Positions 1 to 9,575 of a stretch of 64,000 nt of DNA are shown here, one piece after another. A program made the position numbers and the translations under genes. The notes beneath the pieces are model-generated. The model saw nothing but the letters and a program-made list of their open reading frames with translations, did not search any database and was not told the DNA's origin. The stretch's first letter is position 1, and each line of letters starts with the position of its first letter. The stretch comes from a bacterium UBA2214 (GTDB lineage Bacteria > Zhuqueibacterota > Zhuqueibacteria > Residuimicrobiales > Residuimicrobiaceae), in contig DCUM01000204.1 of NCBI GenBank assembly GCA_002327255.1, positions 781-64,780 on the forward strand, written 5' to 3'.

Positions 1-382
1 GAAGGATATTCAGGAAACATTGAAAGATCTGGCGTATATCCCGATCATGTTCATTTCGGTGCTTGATAAAATTCGCGTCTTTCGCCTCCTGGATATGGCG
101 TTGTCGGTATACGAGGAATGCCGGCGGGAAGTGCCCACGGCCGAGCTCAACCAGCTGCTGCGCGCGGTCATAGAAAAAAACCATCCGCCGGCCTATGGCA
201 CCAAATGGGTCAAAATTAATTATGTGACACAAACGCGGAGCAATCCGCCCCAGTTTACGTTTTTCACCAATGAGCCGCTCGGCATAAAAGCGAATTATCG
301 TAATTATCTGGAAAATCAAATACGTGTTCAATATGGCTTTGCGGGTGTGCCGATTCGGCTGCGCTTCCGTCAAAAAAATTAA
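1..382 (+). CDS. der: GTPase Der (EngA), C-terminal KH-like domain; 5'-truncated by the window edge
   Basis: ORF 20..382 in a frame that is open from base 2. The C-terminal Der-like motifs are KWVKINYVTQTRSNPPQFTFF...YLENQIRVQYGFAGVPIRLRFRQKN. No upstream start fits, so the gene continues off-window. Confidence 0.7.
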   Translation, partial: KDIQETLKDLAYIPIMFISVLDKIRVFRLLDMALSVYEECRREVPTAELNQLLRAVIEKNHPPAYGTKWVKINYVTQTRSNPPQFTFFTNEPLGIKANYRNYLENQIRVQYGFAGVPIRLRFRQKN

Positions 383-395
383 CCGCGAAGATTCC

Positions 396-2147
396 TTGAA
401 AAAACACTTTGGCATTCTGATCTTCATCCTCTGGCTGGCGCCATCCGTACGGGCACTGGAGCAGAAATCCCTTTCGGAAAAACTCGGTGAGGATTATCTT
501 TCCGGGCAGATTTCCAGGACGCTCTATCTGGCCTATCATCTCATCGCCGCGGAAAATCCGGAAAAATTGCCGGCGGCCTACAGAAATTGTCCCATCACCC
601 ATGATATCTGCTCCACGCTCCGCGGTGGTGAAGCGCGCGCGCATCTCGATTCTGCATCAGGAGCGGAAAAAAGTCTGCTTGCCGCAGCCTTGAGCCGTCC
701 CGATGTGTCGCGACTGCCACTTCGCCTGATCAGTCCCAAGGGAAACTTTTGCCTCCATTTTACGACGGCAGGCTCTGATTCGGCCACCGAGGCGTTTGTC
801 GCGGAAGCGGCCCGCACCTTCGATTATGTCTATGATTTGCTGATCCATGAGATGGGATACCATCCACCTCCCGATGATCTCGGGGGCGGGGGAACCCCTC
901 AACTCGATGTCTATATCATGCAATTCAGTCTCTACGGTGAAACGCGATTCGAACAGAGCGTTCCGGGCAGCAATGGCCAAAGATACACCAGCTTTATCAT
1001 CATCGATAACGATTTTTTCGGTTCGGCGTTTAAAACCCAGGGTGTGGACGCGCTGCATGTGACGGCCGCGCATGAATTTTTTCACATGGTGCAGGGGGGC
1101 TACCGCTATTTTCCAAGCACCAGCATGGATTCCCGCTTCCTGTTCGAAGCCTCTTCGGTTTGGTTCGAAGAAGTCGCCTTCGATGAAGTGAACGACTATC
1201 TGCAATATGTGCAGACCTTCCTCAACTATCCCTCGAATCCTTTCCATGTCTTTTCCAACACCACCTACGGGCTGGGACTTTACATGATCATGCTGGAAAA
1301 GCGGCACCATCGTAATACCATCCGCAGAATATGGCAGGGTCTCTACGATCAGGAACCCCTGCCTGCGTGGAATGCGGCGCTGGCGCATGACGGAGAACAG
1401 ATCGGCTTGTCGCTGGCCCATTTCGCCGTCTGGAATGGTTTCACGGCCGGCCATGCGGATACGGTGAAATTCTATCCCGAGGCCGATCTCTACCCGCCTC
1501 TCACCACAAAAGAAAAAGCGGTCTTCATGTCGACGCTCGTTATCGAGGGGAACGCCTCGGAGCTGGTCACGCAATACTACTGCATCGAAGTGCCCATGGG
1601 CGGTGTTCTGCAGATCACGCCCTCTCTCAAACGGCCGGCGGACTGGATGTACAGTGTCGCGGTATATGACCCGGCAAAATCCGACAGCTATAAGATCACG
1701 GCCGGCAATGGGCGACAAATCGTCGGGCCCCTTTCACCCGGATCGGAATTGCAACTGGCCATCACCAATATCAGCTGGCCAACTTTTTCCTATGCGCGCA
1801 ACGCCCAATCTTTCACCTTCACGCTCTCTGCCGCATTCGAACAGCCTTCCGCGGAGGAGGGTATTTATGCCCTGTCACCCGCCCCCTTTGTGCCAGCGCG
1901 AGACCAGTTCATGCAGATACAGTTCATACTCGCCAGCGCGGAAGAAACGGTGACACTTTACATCCTTTCGGAAAATGGCCGGAAATTAATTGAACGGGAA
2001 TTACACGGGCTTCCCCCTGGTGCGAATTGTTACTTTTGGGATGGCAGAGACGCAAACGGGTTGATCGTACCATCCGGCATCTATTTGTGTCACCTGCGGA
2101 GCGACAACAAATCGTGGCCCTTGCGCAAATTTGCCGTGATGCAGTGA
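396..2147 (+). CDS. Secreted zinc metalloprotease (HExxH) with C-terminal T9SS-type (Por_Secre_tail/FlgD-Ig-like) sorting domain
   Basis: ORF 324..2147. The frame overlaps the der stop, so I place the start at TTG 396, which gives the signal peptide MKKHFGILIFILWLAPSVRA/LEQ. There is an HEFFHMVQ zinc-binding motif. The C-terminus TLYILSENGRKLIERELHGLPPGANCYFWDGRDANGLIVPSGIYLCHLRSDNKSWPLRKFAVMQ matches the T9SS CTD pattern. Confidence 0.6.
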   Translation: MKKHFGILIFILWLAPSVRALEQKSLSEKLGEDYLSGQISRTLYLAYHLIAAENPEKLPAAYRNCPITHDICSTLRGGEARAHLDSASGAEKSLLAAALSRPDVSRLPLRLISPKGNFCLHFTTAGSDSATEAFVAEAARTFDYVYDLLIHEMGYHPPPDDLGGGGTPQLDVYIMQFSLYGETRFEQSVPGSNGQRYTSFIIIDNDFFGSAFKTQGVDALHVTAAHEFFHMVQGGYRYFPSTSMDSRFLFEASSVWFEEVAFDEVNDYLQYVQTFLNYPSNPFHVFSNTTYGLGLYMIMLEKRHHRNTIRRIWQGLYDQEPLPAWNAALAHDGEQIGLSLAHFAVWNGFTAGHADTVKFYPEADLYPPLTTKEKAVFMSTLVIEGNASELVTQYYCIEVPMGGVLQITPSLKRPADWMYSVAVYDPAKSDSYKITAGNGRQIVGPLSPGSELQLAITNISWPTFSYARNAQSFTFTLSAAFEQPSAEEGIYALSPAPFVPARDQFMQIQFILASAEETVTLYILSENGRKLIERELHGLPPGANCYFWDGRDANGLIVPSGIYLCHLRSDNKSWPLRKFAVMQ

Positions 2148-2420
2148 TTCATGTGTTCAATATTTGAACAAAAAAACTTGACAATGCTATTTTTTATTAA
2201 TACTTTAAAGAGTATGCATGGGTATGATAAAACATGCCATTTTTTAGCCAGTATTGGTACAGCTGTAGCAATACGATACAATATTGAACGATATTTCACC
2301 ACTCCATCATTTTGATTTTTACCATGCAGCACTCGGTCGTTTTGACAGGGGCAGGCGCGAATCTGTTCAATATAAATACTGCACTTAACGCGATAAATGG
2401 GTGCAGCATGGCCTCGATCC

Positions 2421-2458
2421 ATTGACAACAACTTTCCTTTCTCAATAGTTGGTATAAT
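2421..2458 (+). promoter_or_regulatory. Candidate extended -10 promoter (TGgTATAAT) for the downstream YbgF-like gene, in a 400-bp AT-rich intergenic region
   Basis: ttggTATAAT at about 2449-2458. The upstream TTGACA at 2422-2427 has non-ideal spacing. The gene starts about 125 nt downstream. Confidence 0.3.
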
Positions 2459-2584
2459 TTTTGCAAATTGTAGACGAGTGAATGTAAGACTACCTGGCAT
2501 CTGCAGCACACGTAAATCACATAAGCTTGTTCATAAAAGCTATTGATTACCTTCCTCGGCGCCTGTAGAGGGGAGAGACGGTTT

Positions 2585-3904
2585 ATGAAGCACATTATAT
2601 CTGTTTCGGTTATCCTGGTTTTACTGATGTTAGCCTTTTCAGTCGCAGCTCAGGATGACACGAATCTCGCTTCCAAAAGGAGCAATATCGGAGTGGGTTT
2701 CAATCTGGGGCTGCAAAAGCCTTATTGCGATGTGCTCCACACCGGAGTGGGGCTGGCGGGCGAGTTCATGATGCGTTTTCTGGTTGGCGACTATCTGGAT
2801 GTCTCGGTGGGATTGGGCTATGGCACGCTGAATGATGGTTTCAGCTACAATACCTTTGTGACGGACATGATAACCGGCGACGTCAAGGCAAATATCCATC
2901 TGACCCGGCCGGGAAAAACCAATCCCTATGTTTCGATGGGCATTGGTTTCAATAACTTTTCCTATACACGCAACAAACCATGGGCGATCGGCAGCGAGGA
3001 ATTTGAAGATGAACGTTTCACGGATGGCATCTTTATTTTCGGCGCCGGCACCGACTTTATGCTCACCCCTCAGATTGCCCTCAATACCCTGATCGATTAT
3101 CGTTTCAGCATGGGCGACGCTCTGGATGGGGCGGAAGTCGGAAAACACAAAGACGGTTATCTCAATGCACGCGTCGGCATCACCTATTACCTCTCTCCAC
3201 GGGGACAAAAACCGGCTCAAACAGAAGATGAATTACTCGCCTTGCAACGCTCTGAATATGGATCGGCCATGTCTGGTGCAACCGGGTCCAACAACCGTTT
3301 CGATATGTTCGAGGCAAAACTCGATAAAATGGAAGCCGCGGACGCAAACCTCAGCATGGAACAGTATGTACGCCTGAAATCCCGCGTCGATGAACTCAAC
3401 CAACTGGTCACCATCAAGGAAGACGAACTCGACGAACTCAAGTCGACGCTCGATTTCAAAGAACAGCGTATCGCTGATCTGCAATCCGCCCTGCAAACCT
3501 CAGAGGCATCCGGCGCCGGTTCGGCACCCTTGTCACGAGATTTTTCCTATCATTATGAACAGTCCTTGCGCAAATTCTACGCCAGAGACTATCGCGGCGC
3601 AATCGCTCTGTTCAGCAGCTTGCTGCGGGAATATCCAACCCACACACTGGCCAGCAATTGTCAATACTGGCTGGGTGAATGCTATTTCGGCTCGAGAGAC
3701 TATAAATCGGCGGCAGATGCTTTCACCGCTGTCTTTAACTATGCGGAATCCACCAAACGGGATGATGCGACGTTGATGCTCGGACGCTGTTATTACAGCC
3801 TCAACGAGCGCGGCAAAGCCCGGGAATATTTCCAGGCGGTCATCGATCAACACCAGGGTAGCGAATACGTGGAGAAGGCACGGCAGTGGTTGCGAAGGTT
3901 GTAA
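2585..3904 (+). CDS. Outer-membrane beta-barrel (OmpA/porin-like N-domain) - coiled coil - TPR protein, YbgF/CpoB-like C-terminus
   Basis: ORF 2543..3904 with start at MKHIIS (2585). The signal peptide is MKHIISVSVILVLLMLAFSVAAQ. There are alternating beta-strand-like segments, a coiled-coil (ELNQLVTIKEDELDELKSTLDFKEQRIADLQ), and a C-terminal TPR block (YRGAIALFSSLLREYPTHTLASNCQYWLGECYFGSRDYKSAADAF...) resembling tol-pal YbgF. Confidence 0.6.
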   Translation: MKHIISVSVILVLLMLAFSVAAQDDTNLASKRSNIGVGFNLGLQKPYCDVLHTGVGLAGEFMMRFLVGDYLDVSVGLGYGTLNDGFSYNTFVTDMITGDVKANIHLTRPGKTNPYVSMGIGFNNFSYTRNKPWAIGSEEFEDERFTDGIFIFGAGTDFMLTPQIALNTLIDYRFSMGDALDGAEVGKHKDGYLNARVGITYYLSPRGQKPAQTEDELLALQRSEYGSAMSGATGSNNRFDMFEAKLDKMEAADANLSMEQYVRLKSRVDELNQLVTIKEDELDELKSTLDFKEQRIADLQSALQTSEASGAGSAPLSRDFSYHYEQSLRKFYARDYRGAIALFSSLLREYPTHTLASNCQYWLGECYFGSRDYKSAADAFTAVFNYAESTKRDDATLMLGRCYYSLNERGKAREYFQAVIDQHQGSEYVEKARQWLRRL

Positions 3905-3924
3905 GCGGCGTCTGCCAGGATCAT

Positions 3925-3957
3925 GGCGGCTGGATTGACTTCAGCCGCCTTTTTTTA
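3925..3957 (+). terminator. Rho-independent terminator after the YbgF-like gene
   Basis: GGCGGCTG-gattgactt-CAGCCGCC stem-loop followed by TTTTTTTAT. Confidence 0.5.
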
Positions 3958-4140
3958 TCATTTTTCTTTGCTATACTGCAGCACAAATGACTTGATATCA
4001 TCCAGGTGCGTCAGTATCATTCTGGCCTTCGCCAACCCGAATGAAAATGGATAGCGCTCACCTGGATTGAGCGTCAAGATGGGATTGCCTTTGTACTCAC
4101 CCACCTGGGGTCTATTTAACTTTTCACCATTCTCTTCCAT
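3958..4140 (-). CDS. Small hypothetical protein (60 aa) directly downstream of the adenylate cyclase gene
   Basis: Internal Met of ORF 3958..4332. AGGAGC sits 6 nt before the ATG at 4140. Product: MEENGEKLNRPQVGEYKGNPILTLNPGERYPFSFGLAKARMILTHLDDIKSFVLQYSKEK. No family recognised. Confidence 0.35.
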   Translation of the reverse strand: MEENGEKLNRPQVGEYKGNPILTLNPGERYPFSFGLAKARMILTHLDDIKSFVLQYSKEK

Positions 4141-4160
4141 AAAAGCTCCTGTTTTGCGGT

Positions 4161-6275
4161 TCACTTCTGTTTCATTTCGTAAATGCCATCCCAGTCCGAC
4201 GGGGCCGGAACCTCCAAAAAATTGAGACAGCGGATGGTATGGATGCGCGAGGGCCCATCGTTGGGAAAATAGCGTAAAACCCTGCGGAAGGAAATCAAAG
4301 CATCCGCCCAACGCCGCTCCCGATAGGCACACAAACCCTCTGTGTAGATATCGATCAAATAATCCTGCTCCAATTGGGGGAGCGAATCCATGCTGCGGAG
4401 TTCATAAATGCGAATAGGCCGGGACTTGCCCACAACCTTGACCTGGTCCAGCTCCCGGCAAAAGGATTTGTCCTTGATACAATGATAAGTACTCTCACTG
4501 ATGATCAGACTGGTCTGGTATTCCTTGTTGGCCCCCTCAAGTCGTGAGGCGAGGTTGACCTGATCGCCGATCACGGTATAGTCGAAAAGCTGCCGGGAAC
4601 CAAGATTACCGGCGATCATCTTGCCCGTGTTGATGCCTATGCCAATATTGAAATGACCGTAGGATTCTTCAGGCCAGGTTTTATGCAACTCCTTCAGCCT
4701 TTGCAGCATCTCCAGAGCCGCCTGGCAGGCACGATAGGCATGGTCTTCAAAATAATAGGGCGCGCCAAACAACGCCATGATCTCATCGCCGACAAATTTA
4801 TCCAGCGTCCCGTTGAATTTGAAAATGACGTCCACCATTTCACTGAGATACTCCGAAAGCCGGGATACCACCACCTCCGGCTCGTGACTTTCACTGAAGC
4901 GGGTGAAACCGCGAATATCCGAAAATAAAACCGTCAGCTCCTTGCGTTCGCCCCCATAACTGGGCAACTCGCCCGCATCGAGCATTTTTTCCACTACCGC
5001 AGGCGCAACATATTGCTGAAAGGTCTGGCGGATGCGAACTTTTTCTCGCTGCACAATCACAATCTGATAGGCGAGATGCGACACCGAGGCCAGCGCAAAT
5101 GTCAAAATCGGGACACTCAGAGGAAGCAGGATATTTAAAAGGTAAAATCCAGCATATACCATCGCACCATAGAATAAGCCCATCAGGATCAACAGACCCA
5201 AAGCGCGAAGGCCATGCATCCAGCGCATTACAAGGCCGGCACAAATGGCCAATATAAGGGAAATTACAAGGAAGAACCAGGAGGGGGCAGGGTGGAGGAA
5301 GTCGCCGCGCAGTAGCGTGCTCAGGGCATTGGCGTGCAGTTCCACACCTGGCATTTTTTGCTTTAAACCGGCATAATCGAAAAAGGGAGTTAATTTGTTG
5401 TCTTGCATCTCCTCAGCGGCAGCACCCACAAAAACGATTTTATCGCGAAACGTCCCCCATGCCAGGTATTGGTCGAAAATATCGGTGTCCTCATCGGCAG
5501 CCAGAGCGAAGGTTGAATCATCGAGAATGCTGACCAGAGAATAGGTGTGAAAAGTGCGCGCCGGGCCTCTAAAATTGATATACATGGTGTTGTCTTGCAC
5601 TTTGGGGATATGCGTGGTACCCAGGACAAAGGAGTCGGACCAATAATCCGGCAGAACTTCCATGGACTCCCCTCTGAGGAGCCGCGTCGCCTGAATGGCC
5701 AACGAATAATAGACGCGTTGACCGGAGGGCTGGAAAAGCAGATATCTTCTGATAAAACCATCGGCATCTTCAGGAACATTGACCAAACCCAGGACAGCGC
5801 CCGAGCGCATCAGGGGCTGAATCGGTTCGAGGACATGCTCATTGTTGGCGAGGCGGCTGCCAATATCCAGTACGATTTTGCCCGCCAGAACGACCTGCTT
5901 CATATCGCTCACAGCTGCGGCGAGCAGCAGATCTTCTTCAGGTGCGTCATGAGTCGGCTCCGTGAACTCGACGTCAAAGATAATCATCCTGGCCCCTGCA
6001 CGCTTGAGATTATGGACCAGTCTGGCATAATAGCTGCGCGGGTAGGGCAATTTGCCGGGTAAACTCCGCAAAGTTTGATCATCAATCGCAACGATGACAA
6101 TGGAAGTATCTCTCGGTGTGACCGCGCCCCGCAGGCTGAACAGGGTATTGACTGTTTTGAGTTGAAAAGTATCTATCAACACCATGGACTGCAATACAAG
6201 AGCTGTTAGAACGGAGAGGAAGGCAACCACGATGATCGCCCGATAGCGCTCCCGTGTTCTTTTCTTGTCCAGCAT
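4161..6275 (-). CDS. CHASE2 sensor domain - class III adenylate/guanylate cyclase
   Basis: 704 aa. There is an N-terminal TM, a periplasmic CHASE2-like region, then TM helices. Cyclase motifs are LTVLFSDIRGFTRFSE, KFVGDEIMALFGAP and GIGINTGKMIAGNLGS. Confidence 0.8.
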   Translation of the reverse strand: MLDKKRTRERYRAIIVVAFLSVLTALVLQSMVLIDTFQLKTVNTLFSLRGAVTPRDTSIVIVAIDDQTLRSLPGKLPYPRSYYARLVHNLKRAGARMIIFDVEFTEPTHDAPEEDLLLAAAVSDMKQVVLAGKIVLDIGSRLANNEHVLEPIQPLMRSGAVLGLVNVPEDADGFIRRYLLFQPSGQRVYYSLAIQATRLLRGESMEVLPDYWSDSFVLGTTHIPKVQDNTMYINFRGPARTFHTYSLVSILDDSTFALAADEDTDIFDQYLAWGTFRDKIVFVGAAAEEMQDNKLTPFFDYAGLKQKMPGVELHANALSTLLRGDFLHPAPSWFFLVISLILAICAGLVMRWMHGLRALGLLILMGLFYGAMVYAGFYLLNILLPLSVPILTFALASVSHLAYQIVIVQREKVRIRQTFQQYVAPAVVEKMLDAGELPSYGGERKELTVLFSDIRGFTRFSESHEPEVVVSRLSEYLSEMVDVIFKFNGTLDKFVGDEIMALFGAPYYFEDHAYRACQAALEMLQRLKELHKTWPEESYGHFNIGIGINTGKMIAGNLGSRQLFDYTVIGDQVNLASRLEGANKEYQTSLIISESTYHCIKDKSFCRELDQVKVVGKSRPIRIYELRSMDSLPQLEQDYLIDIYTEGLCAYRERRWADALISFRRVLRYFPNDGPSRIHTIRCLNFLEVPAPSDWDGIYEMKQK

Positions 6276-6303
6276 CGGCTAATATCCTCTTCCCGCTGCG
6301 AAA

Positions 6304-8850
6304 TTAAAAATAACGGTCAAAGCGCAATCTGAGAATCGTGTCCGTATCGCTCTGATCCGCTGCATCATCCAGTTCCATCCTGTAGCGCCAGAGTTGACCC
6401 TCGAGCATCACTATCTGTCCCGGGGAAACTTGCCATCTGGCGCCCAGCCGCAGCTGCATCCGGTTTTGCGACAAATCGCCCTGTGGCTGTTTTTGCTCGA
6501 TGGCGCTGTATTGCCAGTCTGCAAAAGTGGACAACCGGTTCTGTAAAAGCCGGTATTCACTGGAAAAACCCAGCGTATTGTAATCAAGATCGGGTATGCC
6601 CGCACCATTCATGACGTTGTTGCTGTAGCTCAGGGTCGTTGTAAGAGGCGTCAAAAATCGTGTTGTCAAACTCAGCAAAACGATTCGGTTGGTCAATTCG
6701 GGTGAAATATAGCCGCTGCTGCGCGCGCCTCTGTGGTCATCGATATTGCGACTCGAAATATACCCGAGACTGATCTGATGCGACAGATCGAACAAGCGGA
6801 AATTTTGACTGGCCTGAAGCGCCAGATCGCGGAACCAGATTTTTTCCCGTTCATCGCGGAGCACCGTTGTGCTGTCCAGCAATGAGCTGATTTGATAGGA
6901 ATGCACCGAAATGGTGTCGACATGGTTATCCCGCAATTGATCGCGGAGGCTGATATTGAATTGCGGGTAGTTCCCTCCGGGCAGCAGCGTCACAGCATAG
7001 TTCAGCGTGCGCAGATCGATGGCGGGATTGGAATTTTCTTCGCTGAAATTATCCGCATATTGTTCATAGCCGAGGGTTATATAAGCGCGGTTCGAGAATA
7101 AGCGCAGGCGGTCGTTGATGAAAAAACCCCGTAAATCTTTCCTGAGCCAGGGATTGGCCAGCGAAATGTATTCGGATCCTATGGAACGATAGCCCATGTT
7201 CAGGTATTGATTGAGCAGATTAAGACGCAGATTGACGGTATAGGCCAGCGACCCGCCTTGCAGCGGATTCAAGGGGATGGTGCTGTCGTTGATGATGAGG
7301 AGATCATCCAGGCTCTGGGGATCGATTGGCAGTTCGAAATCGGATCCGAAAGCGCGCTTGACATCATCCGTGGTGACCGCACCGGGATAGATGTCGTGGG
7401 TGATCGCGCTGACGGCCGCCTGGGCCGTGAAAAGAACTCGGCCGCCGATCATGGAGAGCTTAACATCCGGGCCGATGACGAGATTATCCTTTGGCATCAC
7501 GCCTGCCGCGATCGAGGAGGTGTCGTCCTTGATTTTCAACAGGGTCAATCCGAGCTGAAAATGCCGTCCATCGCCGAGGCTGGGCCGTATGCCGATCAGC
7601 GACTGGCTGAACGTACCCGGCCGATTCACGGCCAGCGAATCGGTTCCAGTGCCTCCCGTTGCCATCTTCCAGGTCGTCTTCACCGCGCGCTGGGTGTGCC
7701 CGTACACCACATCCATGTTGACCAGGCCGAGATGTAAATAACCGGATACACCGCGAACCCGTTTGCCGGCGAGGATGAGCTCATTATAACGCGGATAGAC
7801 ATCGCCGCCGCTCACGCCAATCCACGGATTTTCGAGTGAAAAACCAAAACGATTACGGGGTTGAAAATGCCGGTCTTCGAGAGATGTCACGAAAAGATGG
7901 CCCCGGTATGAAAGGCTTTTCCATCTGCCGGACACTTCTGCGCCGGCCATGGCGATACCTTTTCCCGCATTGCCATACTCCTCATACGCGAGATCGCTAT
8001 AGGCATGGGCGTACATTTTTTCCCGGGACTGCTCTTGCGGTTTATCGGCCCCGGTCACAAAAAAGCGCACCGAAAGGGGTGGAATTCTGGTCTGGCGGCT
8101 GTCAACGGCCTGAATCTCGATGATGTGCCGGCCGGGGGAGAGGTTGGTTGGCGAATAGGTGATCAAGGCACTGCTGATCTCCGCCTGGCGTGTCACATCT
8201 GCGCCATCCATCGAAATCCGCACCAGCAGGGGATCGAGATCGCCCGGCCCATTGTAGGAGACCGCCAGCAGGACCTCATTCGCTTCATAGGTCGCGTCCT
8301 GGTCAGGCGTCAGCAGCAGGAGTGAATCGGTCGCTGCGACATCACCTGCATCGGCTGCGGCCGAAGGTATGGGTACCGGTGTGGTCGCTGGGGGCGCCGA
8401 TGTTTGGGGCAAACCAGGCGCAGGCGGCACAAGGGTCGCTGTGGCCGTAGGGGGCATGATCTCCAACTCGTGGGGAGAATGATAGGGATTGCGTTCCGGA
8501 AAAGTTTTCAGCGACTGGTTGTTGAAGAGAAATACAATGAAATAGGCGATTTTGGTGCCACGAACGTGTCGAGCGGGAACAACACCTTGCCAGTTCTCTC
8601 CGATGGATTGCAATGTGACAGAACGATAGGTGGTGTCACTGCCGGCGCGATAGAAAATATTGGCTTTTTGCACGCGCAGATCGGGTCCCGTCTTCAGGGT
8701 GCAATCAAGGGTCAATGCGCTGCCCGCGCGAACCTGCCGCGGGGGAACATGCCTGAGCACAGGTTGTGCAAGCGCCGGGAGGACAAAGGCAAGCCAGATC
8801 AAGAAAAGGGGACGATAGCCTTTGATACGGTCACACTGCCGTCGCGCCAT
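6304..8850 (-). CDS. Large outer-membrane beta-barrel protein (hypothetical), N-terminal Pro-rich linker
   Basis: ORF 6304..8871. The likely start is MARRQ (8850), with signal peptide ...PLFLIWLAFVLPALAQP. There is a Pro/Thr-rich linker and a long C-terminal region with alternating hydrophobic residues ending in ...RLRFDRYF, an OMP C-terminal Phe signature. It lies 28 nt upstream of the cyclase start. Confidence 0.55.
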   Translation of the reverse strand: MARRQCDRIKGYRPLFLIWLAFVLPALAQPVLRHVPPRQVRAGSALTLDCTLKTGPDLRVQKANIFYRAGSDTTYRSVTLQSIGENWQGVVPARHVRGTKIAYFIVFLFNNQSLKTFPERNPYHSPHELEIMPPTATATLVPPAPGLPQTSAPPATTPVPIPSAAADAGDVAATDSLLLLTPDQDATYEANEVLLAVSYNGPGDLDPLLVRISMDGADVTRQAEISSALITYSPTNLSPGRHIIEIQAVDSRQTRIPPLSVRFFVTGADKPQEQSREKMYAHAYSDLAYEEYGNAGKGIAMAGAEVSGRWKSLSYRGHLFVTSLEDRHFQPRNRFGFSLENPWIGVSGGDVYPRYNELILAGKRVRGVSGYLHLGLVNMDVVYGHTQRAVKTTWKMATGGTGTDSLAVNRPGTFSQSLIGIRPSLGDGRHFQLGLTLLKIKDDTSSIAAGVMPKDNLVIGPDVKLSMIGGRVLFTAQAAVSAITHDIYPGAVTTDDVKRAFGSDFELPIDPQSLDDLLIINDSTIPLNPLQGGSLAYTVNLRLNLLNQYLNMGYRSIGSEYISLANPWLRKDLRGFFINDRLRLFSNRAYITLGYEQYADNFSEENSNPAIDLRTLNYAVTLLPGGNYPQFNISLRDQLRDNHVDTISVHSYQISSLLDSTTVLRDEREKIWFRDLALQASQNFRLFDLSHQISLGYISSRNIDDHRGARSSGYISPELTNRIVLLSLTTRFLTPLTTTLSYSNNVMNGAGIPDLDYNTLGFSSEYRLLQNRLSTFADWQYSAIEQKQPQGDLSQNRMQLRLGARWQVSPGQIVMLEGQLWRYRMELDDAADQSDTDTILRLRFDRYF

Positions 8851-8867
8851 AGAGGTTCCTCTCACGC

Positions 8868-9548
8868 TCATTTCATTTTATATTTCAATTTGAGATGCTT
8901 TTTGCTGCCCTGGTTATTTTCGAATTCAATATCCAGTTCATTGATTTCATCCTCTTGCGCCCAATCCTCGAAATCGGCGCTGTCGAACAGCTGCGGTATG
9001 CCGTTTTTACTGACCTGGCCTGTGGTGCCCTTGACGACCAATATCTTGCCGAGATCATTGAAGAATTCGATGAGGCCTTCGATGCCGATGATCGTGGTAT
9101 TACCGTCCGCGTCGGCAATGCCGTAGAACTCGGTGCCTTTCACCGCTGCGACGCCGGAGGGTGTTTCCAGGCGAAACGTGCCTTTTCCCGGTATGACCCG
9201 GCTCCACATCTCACCGACCTCCATGAGGATGCGTTTATGAACGCCCTTTTCACCTTTTTCGGCGCGAATCTGCACCTCTGAATCGGAGCGTATTTTCATC
9301 ATCGTCTTGTCGTCGAGAAATACCAGCGCCACCAGACCCGAGGTGCCCGTTTTGATGATATCCTTGTTGTGCAGACGCATCCCTTTGGTGACGGTCGCCC
9401 AATTGGCACTCTCCTTTTTAATCCTGGCATCTCCATTTACCTTGAGTACAAAAGCCACTTCCTGACTGGCCGCCCAAAGCAAGCTCGTGCTCAGCAGGAG
9501 TATGGTGCTGCACACCATGATGGTGGTGAAAAGCTGTATTCGTTTCAT
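8868..9548 (-). CDS. FecR-domain periplasmic protein
   Basis: 226 aa with signal peptide MKRIQLFTTIMVCSTILLLSTSLLWAASQE. FecR-like segment: KGMRLHNKDIIKTGTSGLVALVFLDDKTMMKIRSDSEVQI...TPSGVAAVKGTEFYG. Confidence 0.65.
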   Translation of the reverse strand: MKRIQLFTTIMVCSTILLLSTSLLWAASQEVAFVLKVNGDARIKKESANWATVTKGMRLHNKDIIKTGTSGLVALVFLDDKTMMKIRSDSEVQIRAEKGEKGVHKRILMEVGEMWSRVIPGKGTFRLETPSGVAAVKGTEFYGIADADGNTTIIGIEGLIEFFNDLGKILVVKGTTGQVSKNGIPQLFDSADFEDWAQEDEINELDIEFENNQGSKKHLKLKYKMK

Positions 9549-9575
9549 GATAGAGGTCTCCCTAAAATTCCGGCA

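Noticed and set aside
324-395. ATG at 324 as the start of the metalloprotease
   Set aside because: It would overlap the der C-terminal coding region by 59 nt in another frame. The TTG at 396 yields a clean signal peptide.
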